A stretch of 63,675 nucleotides of DNA, counting the filler, from Octopus bimaculoides (Eukaryota), in NCBI RefSeq assembly GCF_001194135.2. It is 4 parts of 4 records of this genome, joined end to end, with 100 filler letters (N's around TTAATTAATTAA, not from the genome) between each part and the next. Parts side by side here need not be neighbours in the genome. Positions count along the whole stretch, not along the records: positions 28,560 to 56,189 come from NC_068982.1; 3 more parts are not named here. One strand, 5' to 3'. Each line of letters opens with the position of its first letter. Positions within the stretch are counted from its first letter, which is position 1. Below are positions 36,931 through 49,099 of this stretch, piece after piece. The notes below the pieces were generated by a model. It was given only the letters and a program-made list of their open reading frames with translations. It had not been told where the DNA came from and made no database searches. A program made the position numbers and the translations under genes.

Positions 36931-37189
36931 CTGAATAATGATACTCATATATACGTATGTGTGTGTGTGTGTGTAGAAAGGACAAGCCGAAAGTGTTGGT
37001 TCTTAAATTACACGTCTATATAAGTAATTTCTGATCCAAATCTCTAGTTTTGATTTATATACAAACATGTACACGCACACAGACACACAGACACACTAAC
37101 ACACACACAGAGTCAGACAGACAGATAAACACACACTCAAACACATACATACATACAGGCACATGTCAGTTAATGTGTTAAGAAATGTA

Positions 37190-37430
37190 AAGTAGCGTGC
37201 TGGCAGGGTCGCTAGCACGCCAGGCAAAATGCTTAGCGGGCAAAACGCTTAGCAAAGTGCAAGACAGACAAAATACTTTGCGGCATTTCTTCCGTCTTGA
37301 GTTCAAATTCCGCCAGGGTCGACTTTTCATTCATTCGGAATCGATAAAATAAGTACCATTTGAATACTGGGGTTTATGTAATCGACGTACCCCTCCCTCG
37401 AAATCATTGGCTTTGTGCAAAAATTTGAAA
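37190..37430 (+). mobile_element. Degenerate family A SINE
   Basis: gtgctggcagggtcgctagcac head; gagttcaaattccgcc. Confidence 0.75.
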
Positions 37431-37577
37431 ACATTATATTAAGAATTGTGCTTAATACAGGCGGATTATAATTATTTTCAAAAACAAACTCAAGAAAAGC
37501 ATATTATAAGTTTTTCTCAGGCGGATGTCACAATAACACTTTCATTTACTATGCATCGTTAATTGTTAATTACAAAA

Positions 37578-37751
37578 AGGCGTAGGTGTGGGTGGGTGGT
37601 AAGTAGCTTGCTTACCAACCACATGGTTCCGGGTTCAGTCCCACTGCGTGACACCTTGGGAAAGTGTCTTCTGCTATAGCCTCGGGCGGACCAAAGCCTT
37701 GTGAGTGGATTTGGTAGACGGAAACTGAAAGGAACCCGTCGTATATATATG

Positions 37752-37785
<34 letters not shown>

Positions 37786-37971
37786 CATGTTCGTGTGTGT
37801 GTGTTTGTCTCCCCATCATCGCTTGACAACCGATGCTGGTGTGTTTACGTCCCCATAACTTAGCGGTTCGGCAAAAGAGGCCGATAGAATAAGTACTAGG
37901 CTTACAAAGAATAAGTCCTGGGGTCGATTTGCTCGACTAAAGGCGGTTTTCCAGCATGGCCGCAGTCAAAT
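37578..37971 (+). mobile_element. Family K SINE, near full length
   Basis: Colinear with other family K copies. Confidence 0.9.
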
Positions 37972-38007
37972 NNNNNNNNNNNNNNNNNNNNNNNNNNNNN
38001 NNNNNNN

Positions 38008-38395
38008 CTTTGTGGTATTTCGTCTGCCGTTACGTTCTGAGTTCAAATTCCGCCGAGGTCGACTTTGCCTTTCATCCTTTCGGGGTCGATTAAATAAGTA
38101 CCAGTTACACACTGGGATCGATTTAATCGACTTAAACCCTTTATCTGTCCTTGTTTGTCCCCTCTGTGTTTAGCCCCTTGTGGGCAATAAATAAATAAAT
38201 GCTTTGTTGTATTTCGTCTGTCTTTTCGTTCTGAGTTCAAATTCCGCCGAGGTCGACTTTGTCTTTCATCCTTTCGGGGTCGATAAATTAAGTACAAGTT
38301 GCATACCCGGGTTGATGTAATCGAATGGCCCTCCCTCTCCCTAAAATTCGGGCTTTGTGCCTAGAGTAGAAACGAATTATGAATTACAAAAATTA
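38008..38395 (+). mobile_element. Family B + family A tandem SINE (dimer-like)
   Basis: B tail gccccttgtgggcaataaataaataa, then a second body ending gtgcctagagtagaaa. Confidence 0.85.
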
Positions 38396-39193
38396 AGCGG
38401 TGACTTAAATCCAGTTTGATAAAATATTTGGAACAAATACAAATATGCCGCCTTTTCACTCAGACATTCTCTTTATACTGGCCAACTGTCTGTTTCCTAT
38501 CTAGAGCTGTTTTGTTTCTTCTATTGTAATTATAAACCTACTTGGTCTTTCAAAGCCTGCATGCTGCACATCATCTGTGATTCACTCGTTTTATCTGCTT
38601 CGCCTATTCTTGCCATCACTACTCTGATACTTGCTCTGAATGCTACACAAATACTGCATTTACTTCACCTCAAATGCATTCAGATTATTTTCTTATGCGA
38701 GTTGTAACACGATCTTTCTGTCGATGAAGAAAGCGATTTTAACAGTAAAATTACCAAGCCATTGCTGCGATGGCTAAAATAAACTGAAGAACGATAGTGT
38801 GAGTATCAAGTTATTTGATCAGGCAGCATATTTTACAGTAGCTTCAATAGTTAGTTATTGCATGCAGGTAATTGATATTAAAATTTGTAATTCTCGTCAA
38901 GTTGTTCAGCAGTTTCTTTCTAGGTAAACCTCACTTGTTGGCACCATTCACTATTCTCAAAATTTTACCTTCATTCTTTTCTAAACATTTCATTTTCCTG
39001 AAGCCAAGTACAGAATATCATGAATCCTCTTGTATGGTTATATTTTGCAAATCAGTTGTGTTACCATTCCTTCTAAAATATTCGAGTTATTTGTGTTGGT
39101 GTATTGCAATTTCTCACAGTGATACTGTTGCTCTCACAGCAGCAACAAATAACTCCGTTACTACAACTGTGGTTTGATTGAAGACTGATAAAA

Positions 39194-39450
39194 TATTGGG
39201 TTGCTACATAATTATTGCGGCATTTTTTTTCAACAAATTTTATTCAGCAAAAACAATAACAACATGTAACAAAAACATCTTTAAATGATTATTCTGGGAC
39301 ATATTCACCATCTACTTCAATTACTGCTTCCCATTTGCTTGGCAGACGGTCAGACCGTCATTTAAAGACGTTTTTGTTAAATATTGTCATTGTTTTTGTT
39401 GAATAAAATTTGTTGAAAAAACTACCGCAATAATTATGACCAACCCAATA
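39194..39450. mobile_element. Mariner-derived MITE with ~95-bp imperfect TIRs
   Basis: Arms 39194-39288 and 39358-39450 are near reverse complements, with TA ends; TIR resembles the recalled Hsmar1/MADE1 type; the centre on the minus strand reads (x)DRLPSKWEAVIEVDGEYVPE*. Confidence 0.8.
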
Positions 39451-39826
39451 ATTTTCTTTATTGCAAAAAANNNNNNNNNNNNNNNNNNNNNNNNNNNNNN
39501 NNNNNNNNNNNNNNNNNNNNNNNNNNNNNNNNNNNNNNNNNNNNNNNNNNNNNNNNNNNNNNNNNNNNNNNNNNNNNNNNNNNNNNNNNNNNNNNNNNNN
39601 NNNNNNNNNNNNNNNNNNNNNNNNNNNNNNNNNNNNNNNNNNNNNNNNNNNNNNNNNNNNNNNNNNNNNNNNNNNNNNNNNNNNNNNNNNNNNNNNNNNN
39701 NNNNNNNNNNNNNNNNNNNNNNNNNNNNNNNNNNNNNNNNNNNNNNNNNNNNNNNNNNNNNNNNNNNNNNNNNNNNNNNNNNNNNNNNNNNNNNNNNNNN
39801 NNNNNNNNNNNNNNNNNNNNNNNNNN

Positions 39827-39849
<23 letters not shown>

Positions 39850-39864
<15 letters not shown>

Positions 39865-40026
39865 GACGGACTTCTTTCAGTTTCCGTTTACGAAATCCAC
39901 TTACAAGGCTTTGGTTGGCCCGAGGCTATAGTAGAAGACAGTTGCTCAAGTTGCCACGCAGTGGGACTGAACCCAGAACCATATGGTTGGGCAGCAAGCT
40001 TATTAGCACACAACCACGCCTGGGCC
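39850..40026 (-). mobile_element. Family K SINE 5' half
   Basis: cgacggacttctttcagtttccg...cacaaccacgcctg. Confidence 0.8.
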
Positions 40027-40151
40027 TATATCTTCTCATTTTGTTTTTAATAAATCTCTATTTATAAAACCTTAAAACATTTATCAAAAGCTTCATTACC
40101 GTTAGCTTCTCTGAGAAGCATATTTATGTAATAATTATCTGCCAGCAGAGA

Positions 40152-40790
40152 AGGTGCGTGACTTAGTCGTTAGCGTAATTGACTCATGATCGTAAAGTCA
40201 TGGGTTTGATTCCCAGCCGGTCCGCTGTTTTCTTGAGCAAGACACTTCACTCCTCGTTGCTCCAGTTCACTCAACTGGCAAAAGTTAATTTGTATCTGAA
40301 TTCAAAGGGGCCTGCCTTCTCGCACTCTGTGTTACACCGAATCGTCAAAACAGTTGTTAAGAGTGCACGTGTCTGTGGAGTGCTCAGCCACTTGCACTTT
40401 AATTTCACGAGTAAGAAGTTGTTCCAGTGATCTGATCAACTGGAAGCCTTGTCGTCGTAACCGATGGAGTACCAGTTGAACAGTAGATCTAGGACTTTAG
40501 TTTGATCCCGATGGCACTTTTTCTCCTTGAGCAAGGCACTTTATTTCTCAATTCTCCATTCTACTTAGTTGGCAAAAAAAAAAAAAAAAAAAAAAAAATG
40601 AGTTGTAACTGTATTTCAAAGGGCCGGCGGCCTTGTTATATTAAGTGTCACACTGAACCTCCCTGAGAACTGCATTAATGGTACGCATATCAGTGGAGTG
40701 CTCCACCACTCGCACGCTAATTTCACAAGCCGGCTGTTTCGGTGATCGGATCAACTGAGACACTCGTCGTCGAAACCGACGGAGAACCAG
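40152..40790 (+). mobile_element. Two tandem family C SINEs (degenerate)
   Basis: Two copies of tcaaaggg...gtggagtgctc..gatcaactg..gtcgtcg..accgacgga. Confidence 0.75.
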
Positions 40791-40847
40791 GCCAATATAA
40801 ACTACACATGTATAATAATTTTAGGAAATAGATCAGTAATGGTATTC

Positions 40848-41255
40848 TTTTCTATTCTCGGCACAAGGCCCGAACATTTCGGGGAGGGAGCCAGTCGATT
40901 AGATTGACCCCAGTAGGCAACTGTTACTTAATTTATCGACCTCCAAAAGAATGAAAGGCAAAGTCGACCTCGGTGGTATTTGAACTCAGAACGTATAGAC
41001 AGACGAAATAACGCTTAGCATGCTAACGTTTCTTATTTCTTTATTGCCCACAAGGGGCTAAACATAAAGGGGTCAAACAAAGGGATTAAGTCGATTACAT
41101 CGACTCCAGTGCGTAACTGGTACTTAATTCATCGACCCCGAAAGGATGAAAGGCAAAGTCAACCTCGGCGTAATTTGAACTCAGAATGTAACAGCAGACG
41201 AAATACCGCTAAACATTTCGCCCGGCGTGCTAACGTTTCTGCCAGCTCGCCGTTT
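40848..41255 (-). mobile_element. Family A/B dimeric SINE with TSD
   Basis: Flanked by tagatcagtaatggtatt (40829-40846) and tagatcagtactgctatt (41256-41273). Confidence 0.9.
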
Positions 41256-41492
41256 TAGATCAGTACTGCTATTTGAAGGATAATTATTCTGTTATATACA
41301 ACTTGAAAAGAATATTTGTTTAGAAATTTACGACTTGCAAAAACATAGTTTGAGAAATTTTAAAACTTTTTCCCTTTTTTAATGAAAAACATATGCACAA
41401 ACAAACACGATGATACTTATAAACATTTCATAGAAACAGTTGAAAATTACGCTGAGAGCATCTTTACAAATGTACATATAAGGGCGGAGTGC

Positions 41493-41832
41493 TGGCACTC
41501 CGTCGGTTACGACAACGAGGGTTCCAGTTGATCCAATCAACGGAACAGCCTGCTCATGAAACTAATGTGTAAGTGGCTGAGCACTCCACAGACATATGTA
41601 CCCTTATCTAGACATATGTACTCGGGGAGATTCAGCGTGACAAGGTTGGCCCCTTTGAAATAGAGGTACAAAAGAAACAGGAAGAAAGAGTGAGAGAAAA
41701 TTGTGGTGAAAGAGTGCAGAAGGGTTTCTCCTCCACCCCCTGCGGGGTCTCGTGGAGCTTCAAGTGTTTCTGCTCAATAAACACTCATAAAGCCCGGTCT
41801 GGGAATCGAAACCGCGATCCTACGATCGCGAA
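41493..41832 (-). mobile_element. Family C SINE
   Basis: Reverse complement of the organisation seen at 2498-2888. Confidence 0.85.
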
Positions 41833-41927
41833 TTATTAGCACATTAAATTAGTTAGCCTCATTTTTGATATTTTCAATGTCATTTATCATAATAAGACAT
41901 TTATCATAACTATAATAATACTTTATC

Positions 41928-42335
41928 CTGGAAGCACAAGGCCCCAAATTTGGGGGAAGGGATTAAGTCGATTACATCGACACCAGTGCGTAACTGGTAC
42001 TTATTTGATTGACCACGAAGGGAGGAAAGACAAAGTCGACTTCGGCGGAATTTGAACTCAGAACCTAGCAGCAGATGAACTACCACTAAGCATTTCACCT
42101 ATCATTACAATAATACTTTTATCGTAATTGAGGCGGCGAGCTGGCAGAGTGGTTAGCACGCTGGGCGAAATACTTAGCAGTATTTCGTCTGTCTTTACGT
42201 TCTGAGTTCAAATTCCGTCGAGGTCGACTTTGCCTTTTATCCTCTCGTGGTCGGTAAATTAAGTACCAGTTGCATACTGGGATCGATCTAATCGACCGCC
42301 CACAAAGTCTCAAGCCTAGAGTAGAAAAGGTTATT
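41928..42335. mobile_element. Divergent pair of family A/B SINEs (41928-42100 minus, 42131-42335 plus)
   Basis: Heads face away from a ~30 bp spacer. Confidence 0.8.
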
Positions 42336-42489
42336 ATTATTTCGGGCCTTGTTCATTGAGTAGAAAATAAAAGACTACTTTTATCCTAACTTTTAATTTT
42401 CTTGCTAAAAACAGATGAATACTGTACGTGTTTTTCCTCTTTTTTTTCAAGACTGTATACCTTCTTTTGCACTACCCTGTATAACGAGT

Positions 42490-43424
42490 GTGGCGGTGAA
42501 AACAGATTAAGTAGTGTTTCTGCCCACATTTATTGGAAGAAAGACTTCCAAGGTAAGGGCAGAAGCAATCCCACTTGATATAGAAGTGGCTTGGGTGGCG
42601 GCGTCTGTCCTTGTTGGAAGTGAGGAGAAAGTGACTGTCCTTCAAGTCACAAAGACGGAAGAAGGAGGCTGGAAAGAGAAGATATTGGAATTGATCATAC
42701 AGACGGAGGAGGGACAGCTGGAGAGTTTGGCAGAGACGGTGACGTTGGGGAAAATTGTGCTGAGAGTGTGGGTAGAGGGCAGAGTACCACGTTGTTTTAA
42801 ATTTGGCCAAAAGGGCCACATTAGAGCGTACTTCCCTCTACAGAGGACAATAGCAGAGGAAACAGTTGTGGAGACGGAAGAGAAAAGAGAAGAAGAAAAG
42901 ACAGACGAGGAAAAGGAGGAAGAATGGAGGATAACAGAGTAGAAGGAAGAAGAGAAAAAAGAAAGAACAGAGTGTGATGTGGTACTCCAGTCCAACTCCA
43001 TGCCACCCAAGATCACTCAGACCCACCCTCCCCATACAGACACCAAACCCACTCACTTATTTCCCCACAGGAGAAAAAGAAAAAAAGAGCAGGCACCTCA
43101 GAATTTAGAAGACCCCTCCCCCGGTGAAAAAGGTTACGAGAGAATGCAGTATTGGAGTGACAGTGGAACAGGAAGAGAAACTAAAAAGAAATTAAGATTC
43201 AGAGCCGGTGAGTGGTGTTGCTCAGTATCGGGTGAGTAGCACATTCTCCATTTTTTTTATTTTCAACTATCACGCATGTTATCATAATTTTAATTTGTTT
43301 TTCATGTTCATTTTCATGTGTCAATCATAAAACCATATTTTATTTTTATATATTTTTAATTGTTATATGTCCCCACATGTGTTGTTGTGTAAAGCTTTTA
43401 TGGTTAATTTGATGAAATAAAGAA
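42490..43424 (+). pseudogene. L1/Tx1-like ORF1 remnant with 3' UTR and AATAAA, no ORF2
   Basis: FLPTFIGRKTSKV...VWVEGRVPRCFKFGQKGHIRAY; ORFs 42514-42942 and 42979-43239 are in frame across one stop; AATAAA at 43416. Confidence 0.75.
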
Positions 43425-43778
43425 GCTTACTTCCCAGCCACATGGTTTCGGGTTCAGTCCCACTGCGTGGCACCTTGGGCAAATGTCTTTTACTATAGCC
43501 TTGGGCCGACCAAATCCTTGTGAGTGCATTTGGTAGACGGAAACTGAAAGAAGCCCGCCGTATATATATATATATTTGTGTGTGCCCCCAACCATCGCTT
43601 CACAACCGATGTTGGTGTGTTTAGGTCCCCGTGACGTAGTCGTTCTGCAAAAGATACCGATGGAATAAGTACCAGGCTTACAAAGAATAAGTCTAGGGGG
43701 CGATTTGTTCGACTAAAGGCGGTGCTCCAGCATAGCCGCAGTGAAAATGACCGTGTAAGCAAGTAAAAGAATAAAAGA
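43420..43778 (+). mobile_element. Family K SINE
   Basis: Colinear with other family K copies. Confidence 0.85.
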
Positions 43779-43984
43779 GGATACATACGATGGGCTTCTT
43801 TCAATTTCCGTCTACCAAATCCATTCACAAGTCTCTAGTCGGCTTGACGCTATACACAGACATGCAGGAAGCAAACCGACACCTTTAATTTAAAAAATTT
43901 CTGATCTAAGCATCTTAATATGTTTTGAGCGGTGTAGAATTTACAATGTAATTATTCTTTTTCATTCCAGGTGCCATTATATTA

Positions 43985-44125
43985 AACATTTGCGAAGAGT
44001 ATCCATGCCACGCACAAAAAAAATCAGCAGAACTGTCAGATTTTCAATGAGGTTGTATTGTTGGGTAATCTGTGGCTCGTCTTAGTCAGCAAAAAATTGC
44101 TGAAAATCTTCAAGTTCCTTTTGCT
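43985..44125 (+). pseudogene. Tc1-like transposase N-terminal HTH remnant
   Basis: MPR...SAELSDFQ(fs)[22 protein letters not shown] resembles the Tc1 ELSDFxRGxIVG...SxxxIA motif. Confidence 0.5.
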
Positions 44126-44255
44126 ACTGTTAATAGAATTATAGTGCAATTCAAAAGCCAAGGAAAAGAATCAACAACAGATTCTAATCCTGGCTGACCT
44201 GGGCTCTCGGAAAGGAAGCTTCGCTGTTTGAAGAGAATTGTGGAAAACGAACCCC

Positions 44256-44291
<36 letters not shown>

Positions 44292-44337
44292 ATGTCCTTT
44301 ATGTTGCATATCTCGTTTCTCTGGGGGTTTTTTTTCC

Positions 44338-44572
44338 GTGGGCATATGGCGTAATGGTTAAGAGCGCGGACTACTAACCCGCAGATTCCAAGTTCGATTA
44401 CAGGCAATGACCTGTATAATAATAATAATAAAACATCGAAAAATACCTTAGGAATGAGAACCCACGTTCGAAATTTCCCCAAGACACCTGATGAAGGCTG
44501 GAGGGTATAGCAGCCGAAACATTGTGTTAACAACAAACAAGATGAGGACAAATATCCGTCAAATGTAAATAA
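44338..44572 (+). mobile_element. tRNA-headed SINE-like element with internal (TAA)n, hammerhead-like motif and Penelope-like tail
   Basis: A-box TGGCGTAATGG at 44347-44357, B-box-like AGTTCGATTAC at 44391-44401, hammerhead-like fold at 44483-44528, tail aaatgtaaataa. Confidence 0.65.
44483..44528 (+). ncRNA. Candidate minimal type I hammerhead ribozyme
   Basis: GACAC-CTGATGA-A-GGCTG(10-nt loop)CAGCC-GAAA-CA-TT-GTGTT: intact CUGAUGA, 5-bp stem II, 5-bp stem I; stem III ACAT where palindromic ACGT is expected. Confidence 0.6.
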
Positions 44573-45074
44573 AGATAAAGTTTTTGTTTGATGAAGATTT
44601 AACAGTTATTTCAAACATTTCTAATGACTATTTTTATGCCCGTTTTTTTTTTTGATGTGCTTTAATCTCGTAAAAATTAGAACAAATTTATTGAGTCGAT
44701 ATGATGTTCAGTTTTTGACTTAAGACCTTTAACTTAAAATTTATATCTACTGCAACGTTTCGTAGTCTCATATTTTACTTTACATATCATTCGAAAGTCA
44801 TAGGAACTTTCTGCGATTATTATCTTTGATAAATATTCTTATTATTTTGAAACAAAATATTCAGTCATCTGCTTACTGCTACAATAGCTTCGCATTTCTC
44901 TTTCATGAAATCATTATTCCTCTCGTGCATATCTGCGTAAGAATCGAATTGCAAAACATTGACATATTTCTTTATTATTTTTAAGTATTATTTGGATTAA
45001 TCATTTCAATTATTGCAATTAAAACATTTTTTCCTAAATTGCTGTATTTGTTACAGCATATTGATGTCAACTCT

Positions 45075-45475
45075 AGACAGAATGCCCGAAATTTTGCTGG
45101 AGGGGCCAGTCGCAACTGGTACTTAATTTATCGACTTCGAAAGGATGAAAGGCAAAGTCGATCTCGGTGGAATTTGAACTCAGACCTAAAAGACCGCCAA
45201 GCATTTCGCTCGGCCTGCTAAAGTTTCTGGCAGCTCACCGCCTTATTTCTTACAGCATAATGGTTTCAAAAATTAGCACAAAGCCAGCAGTTTCGGGGGG
45301 AGGGGTAAATCGATTACATCGATCCCAGTATTCCACTGGTACTTAATTTATCGACCCCGAAAGGATGAAAGGGAGAATCGACCTCGCCGGAATTTGAACT
45401 CACAACGTGAAGACGGGCGAAATGCCTCTTAGCATTTTACCAGGTGAGCTAATGATTCTGTTGGAGCGCCGCCTT
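45075..45475 (-). mobile_element. Two family A SINEs in tandem
   Basis: Two bodies with gaaaggatgaaagg..ggaatttgaactc. Confidence 0.8.
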
Positions 45476-46271
45476 GTCTTTGTTACAACATATTGATGTT
45501 ATTTTACTCACCAATTACACAGTAAACGACGAATAATCATGGCAACACGCATTATTAACCTATTTTGAATTAACTACGAAATTAAGCAACAATGTCATAA
45601 AATTAGGTTTGTGTAGTAATTGAAACATTCCGGATGTATAATACTCATTATAGTTTGCATGAAATAATTAGTCTCATAATGTTAATTACAATATTTACTT
45701 GATAATACAATGCATTTTATGTCAAATGGAATTTCAGTTATGACACAAATAACATCTTCATTTATGTTAGATTTAACAAAATATCTTTATCGATTTCCTC
45801 GGAGTTTGCTCTTGTGCAGCTGTTGGTTAGTTTCCATCGATCCACGTTGGCAGTCGACAGAGGGACGAACTTCAACCGTCTGACCAGTTTTTCCTGTCAT
45901 GCCATGATGACACTTGGTTGTAAATAGGCAGCACATTTCAACATGCCGTGAAAAAACTGTCCAGCCATTTTCCAACTGTACGTCTATAATTTCATGTGGT
46001 AGCCATACCAGTGTTGGGAAAAGCCATCTCCCTCAGAGTTCTACAGCTGCTGTTCCTCTGTACTTATTTTTGAAGGAGGAGTGAGAGGCTATTATCATCC
46101 TCCTCCTTATTAGTGTGGTGAATTTACAGAATCCTTAGAGAGCGTCGGCCAAAGAACTCTGTGATATTACTTCCTATTCCTTACATCCTGACTTCATATT
46201 CCAACGAAGTCAACTTTGATTTTCCTCCCTTTGTGTCTGACAGAAACACTTGTTAAATAGAGCAGCCCGTC

Positions 46272-46317
<46 letters not shown>

Positions 46318-46499
46318 NNNNNNNNNNNNNNNNNNNNNNNNNNNNNNNNNNNNNNNNNNNNNNNNNNNNNNNNNNNNNNNNNNNNNNNNNNNNNNNNNNN
46401 NNNNNNNNNNNNNNNNNNNNNNNNNNNNNNNNNNNNNNNNNNNNNNNNNNNNNNNNNNNNNNNNNNNNNNNNNNNNNNNNNNNNNNNNNNNNNNNCAAC

Positions 46500-46558
<59 letters not shown>

Positions 46559-46589
46559 TTATATTCCTGTAGAGAAGCTACAGGAATAT

Positions 46590-48190
46590 TTCAAGAGAAT
46601 GAAAGAGGAGGATGCGGATATAAAATATCACCCTCCTCCAAGACGGTTGAAACGGACCGAAAAACAATAATATTTAAATCGTTCTGTTCGAAAAACAGAC
46701 GATTTAAAGATTTCAAAAAAGAGAAAATTGAAAAATGTCTTGCCCCGATTTGGAAGAACGTAACGTATATTGCAAGGTGCAAGACATATGGCACCGTTGA
46801 GGTGCGTTTCGCAGCTGAGGAAAAAGCTCGCGAGCCCCCTGAAAACACGAGAAGTTCGTCTTCCCAACCTACATGGGAAGACGGACTTCTCGTGTAAAGG
46901 TGACAGAAGTGCCACCATAAGTAGATCCAAGAGAGGTGATGACCACCCTGTTGTTCAACAGAGTGGACAAGATCCAATTCCTCCAGATTGCATGCTCTGC
47001 CTCTCAGAATTGGCTCGGGCAGAGCATCTCGGCAATCATTCAGGGGGCCCAAGAAGACATTGAAGTGCTGCCAGACAGGGTACTCGTGGGTGAGAATATT
47101 GTATTGAGAATCTCTGTTGAAGGGAAAAACCCACCTGCTTCGAATGTGGCAAAAAAGGCCACATTCGGGCAGATTGTGAAATTTAAAAAAAAGGAAAAAA
47201 CGCAGACACCAGGCCCTTCAAACGCAAAAAGTATCTCAACTCCCATATATGCATCAACCCTCCACAAAGACAAAAACTCCCCCCTGTTGCGGTGCCAATA
47301 CCCAAACAGGACATTGGAAATAAAAAATTTCCAACCCCTACACATACAAGCCTCTAAAGAAATAAAATTACCCATTCTCCGTAAACCTGAGGCACCTGCA
47401 AACAGAAACACAACTCCCCCAGACGATACCATGGATGTATCGGAGGGGGAGTTTACTGTGGTACGCAAGCGTACATTGACATCCACATCCCCTGCAAAGA
47501 AAACAGACACAACACCACAGAAATTTAAAAAAAGACCCCGCCCAACTGTCCCCGCAGAGAAAAGAATACTAGTGAAATTTGACACTAGGCGTGATTATAC
47601 CCGTGAAATCCTAGTGCCACATCACACCACCAAACTATATCCTGTACATAAGGATTTGAAAAAACAATGTACCTGGATAGGGGAAACCCTATACAGGCAA
47701 CAGAAGGACAGGAATCCAACAGCCATCTGGAGGATTGTGGACCTGTCCGGCTATCTGAAGAAGGAAGAGAAAGAAGGGGCTGCTTCACGTGTGGTGAGAT
47801 CGGCTCCAATCTCTCCAGGAAATGGTAAGTAGGATCTTTGCTTTTTATACAATGGCCTTACATAACCTAGGTTGTTTGAATGTGCGTGGTCTGAGTTCGA
47901 AGTGGAAGCAGTCTTGTTTCCTCGAGACCTCAGATCACACGATATACATGTGATGGTTGCTACATAGACCAAGCTGGACAGTCTACAAACCTTCTCGCCT
48001 CTCCTGAATGGCTATGAAAAAATCATGTCTCCTGGCCAGACCAGAGGACGAGGTGGTGTAGTGGTACTGATCCGTAAAGACTTGGCTGTGCAGACAAGTA
48101 CAGTCTATGTGGACCCTGAAAGTGGGCTGGTCGTCCTTGATGTGACATACAGAAGTAAGGTTGATCGGGATCTATGCACCCTGTGCTAGA
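46590..48190 (+). pseudogene. L1/Tx1-like LINE: ORF1 (CCHC) plus start of the ORF2 APE endonuclease
   Basis: EKIEKCLAPIW; FPTYMGRRTSRVKVTEVP; TCFECGKKGHIRADCE (~47135); ORF2 from ~47851 MALHNLGCLNVRGL...GRGGVVVLIRKDL...DPESGLVVLDV...IYAP. Confidence 0.85.
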
Positions 48191-48355
48191 GGATTCAGGC
48201 AGTGACCTAGACAATAATATTTCATGTTGATTAAACCCAAATAAAAGAATAAAAGAATATATANNNNNNNNNNNNNNNNNNNNNNNNNNNNNNNNNNNNN
48301 NNNNNNNNNNNNNNNNNNNNNNNNNNNNNNNNNNNNNNNNNNATATATATATATA

Positions 48356-48578
48356 TACAAAGTGTTATTGAAAAGTTTCTGACTTTAAGGCTACTGCGAA
48401 AGGCCTGGCTGGAGACTCAACCTTCCGAGTTCTTTTTACAGGGCTTAGAAAAATTGAAGGACCGTTGCAATAACTGTGAAAATCTGAGAGGGGAATATGT
48501 TGAATAAGATCTTAATTAACTGATCTTCCTGTATTTTCCTTTACCCAAAGCCAGGGACTTTTCAGCACGCACTCGTGT
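48356..48578 (+). mobile_element. Mariner MITE/deletion derivative between TA runs
   Basis: Degenerate TIRs (tacaaagtgttattgaaaagtttctgacttt / aaagccagggacttttcagcacgcactcgtgta); GLEKLKDRCNNCENLRGEYVE* resembles the mariner C-terminus. Confidence 0.7.
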
Positions 48579-48582
48579 ATGC

Positions 48583-48618
<36 letters not shown>

Positions 48619-49099
48619 GCATAAATGCATACAAATATATATATGCATGTGCATGTATCTACATACAATATACATATTGCAATGTGTTTATTTATTTAAT
48701 AATATGTGGTTATCTATTTCTGGTAAATAGGACAGTTATGTCAGTTATAAACTAGTTTTCTATTAATTTAAAAAAAGCATGTTATTCTCATTCAAATTTT
48801 TTTTTTATAAAATGTCTTTTTTTTGTTACATATGGCGTTGTACAATTACAAAGTAGAAATTCACATATTTTTCTTCTGATATTTTTGTGGTCTTTCCTGC
48901 GTAATTTGTTGACACATGAAACAAATGAAAAGTTGTAAGCAAAATATCCCGATGCAAAGGGAAATTTTTGAGAGACAGTTAAGAATAGAACATATGTGAA
49001 TAAAAGAAAAAAAATCTTGTGGAAACACTCTCTGTTAGCCGAAAGGATTACCTGTCCTTCCACAGGAATAAAGTAGTCCTTAGCTCTCTTATCCAGCAT

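Noticed and set aside
38440-39170. Possible ancient LINE RT remnant
   Set aside because: Motifs are too degraded to assign.
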